Shown here piece after piece: positions 62,815-64,000 of a DNA stretch of 64,000 nt (position 1 is its first letter; every line of letters starts with the position of its first letter). Origin of the DNA: Lama glama. Lineage: Eukaryota. Below the pieces are notes generated by a model. The model searched no databases. It had not been told where the DNA came from and saw only the letters and a program-made list of their open reading frames with translations. Location: NCBI GenBank assembly GCA_028534125.1, contig CM052816.1, positions 78,308,001-78,372,000 on the forward strand. The letters run 5' to 3'. The translations under genes were made by a program, and so were the position numbers.

Positions 62815-63056
62815 CTAAAAGAGAGAGAAAAAAAACCTCTTGATATATTCATATTAAAATTAAATATAACATTTAGTGAAAATGTTGATAAATTATATAT
62901 AAATAGCTCCTTATTTCAAAAATTAAAACTTAAAATGACTGGAAAAATATGCTGGTGGCCTTACCTAGAGAAGTATTAGAGCAGGTACTTCTTTCCTCAT
63001 GAATTAAAAACAAGAAATTGCATTTCAAAGGGGAATTTCACACAAGAGGAAACCTT

Positions 63057-63300
63057 GAGGGAGCAGGGCCTAGTGGCTAGGGGAGTGGATTAGGAGTCAG
63101 GAGTCTTGGGTTCTATTCCTGGCTCCACCACTGACTTGTAGTGTGACCTTGGGTGAGTCACATAATCTCTCTGTGCCTCAATTCTCCATCTGTAAAATGG
63201 GGACAATAATATTTACCACCCACCTACCTCAACGGGATGTTTTCAGGATTTAAGAAGTAATGTTTGCAAACATTTTTCAGATCCCTAGCAGAAGGTCCTA
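63057..63300 (+). mobile_element. Near full-length ancient CORE-SINE (MIR1_Amn/MIR3-like)
   Basis: tRNA head (ggcctagtgg..., gggttctattcctggctc), CORE (tgtgaccttggg...tctgtgcctca...catctgtaaaatgggg) and tail gtttgcaaaca..tt.agatcc. Confidence 0.8.
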
Positions 63301-64000
63301 CCTTGGTGTTGTTAAAATATATATACATATATACAATCCATCCATTTGATGAAACAGAATAATCCTAAAACAAAGTAAAGCTAAAAATATCTTCTATTTA
63401 TTTCTCATGTCATTATAATGAAGTCACAATGCTGAATTCTATAATCACAAGTTAACAGCTACAAAATAATATTATCCACACTTATTTGTACAAAAAGTTT
63501 ATGTGAGATAAAATGAAAATCCTTGATGACAGCAAGTATTATTGATGTCAAATAACAAACTAAATTCAAAGCATAGAGTGATCATTCAACTAGCCGAAGG
63601 TCACACAGGGTAACTATGGCCCAGGCAAAATCTTTTATTAACTGGTCTAGAGGCACTATTTTCTGGATAGTGTTGCTTCTTTAAGTTAAAATTTATACTA
63701 TTTGTTCTCTGAATTAGATGTAACACTATTAGTTTTTGCCACTTTACATAACATTTGTCCAGATTGAATATTCAAAGGTACACATTTGACTTAATGGCAA
63801 TCCTGCACCAATATAACTCACTAGTAAGTAATATCTGTAATGTTTACTATCTTTGTTGTATGTAATTTCCTAAAAGGGATGAAGGAGGAATAAGATATTA
63901 AGATTTAAATTTTTTTAAAGAAGTCAGTAAACATTTAATGAGGTTTGTGTAACTTAGAATCTTCCATTACTCATTTTTATTGAAATGACTAATATCAACA

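Overview
Mammalian genomic DNA, most likely a camelid, judging by five tRNA-derived Vic-1-type SINEs. Two genes converge tail-to-tail. On the + strand are 21 internal coding exons of CPLANE1 (C5orf42/JBTS17, 167-38154). They splice in phase into an uninterrupted frame of 3496 nt (about 1165 codons) and include one GC-AG intron, but the terminal exons and stop codon are not visible and probably lie in the 500-N gap at 41122-41621. On the - strand are the last nine coding exons of NIPBL (cohesin loader; human exons 39-47), with both the isoform A and isoform B ends and the 3' UTR. Introns hold L1, L2, MIR, hAT/Tigger MITEs and ERVL-type LTRs. The most notable observation is a CpG-rich 83-bp element in the last NIPBL intron, flanked by TTAA on both sides and with CCCTT-type inverted termini (piggyBac-MITE-like). 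Its mismatches become G-U pairs only in the NIPBL sense RNA, and it sits 4 nt before an intronic AAUAAA that adjoins the last-exon acceptor region, making it a candidate isoform A/B switch. Gene and repeat names come from recognition and memory, not database searches, and repeat boundaries are approximate.
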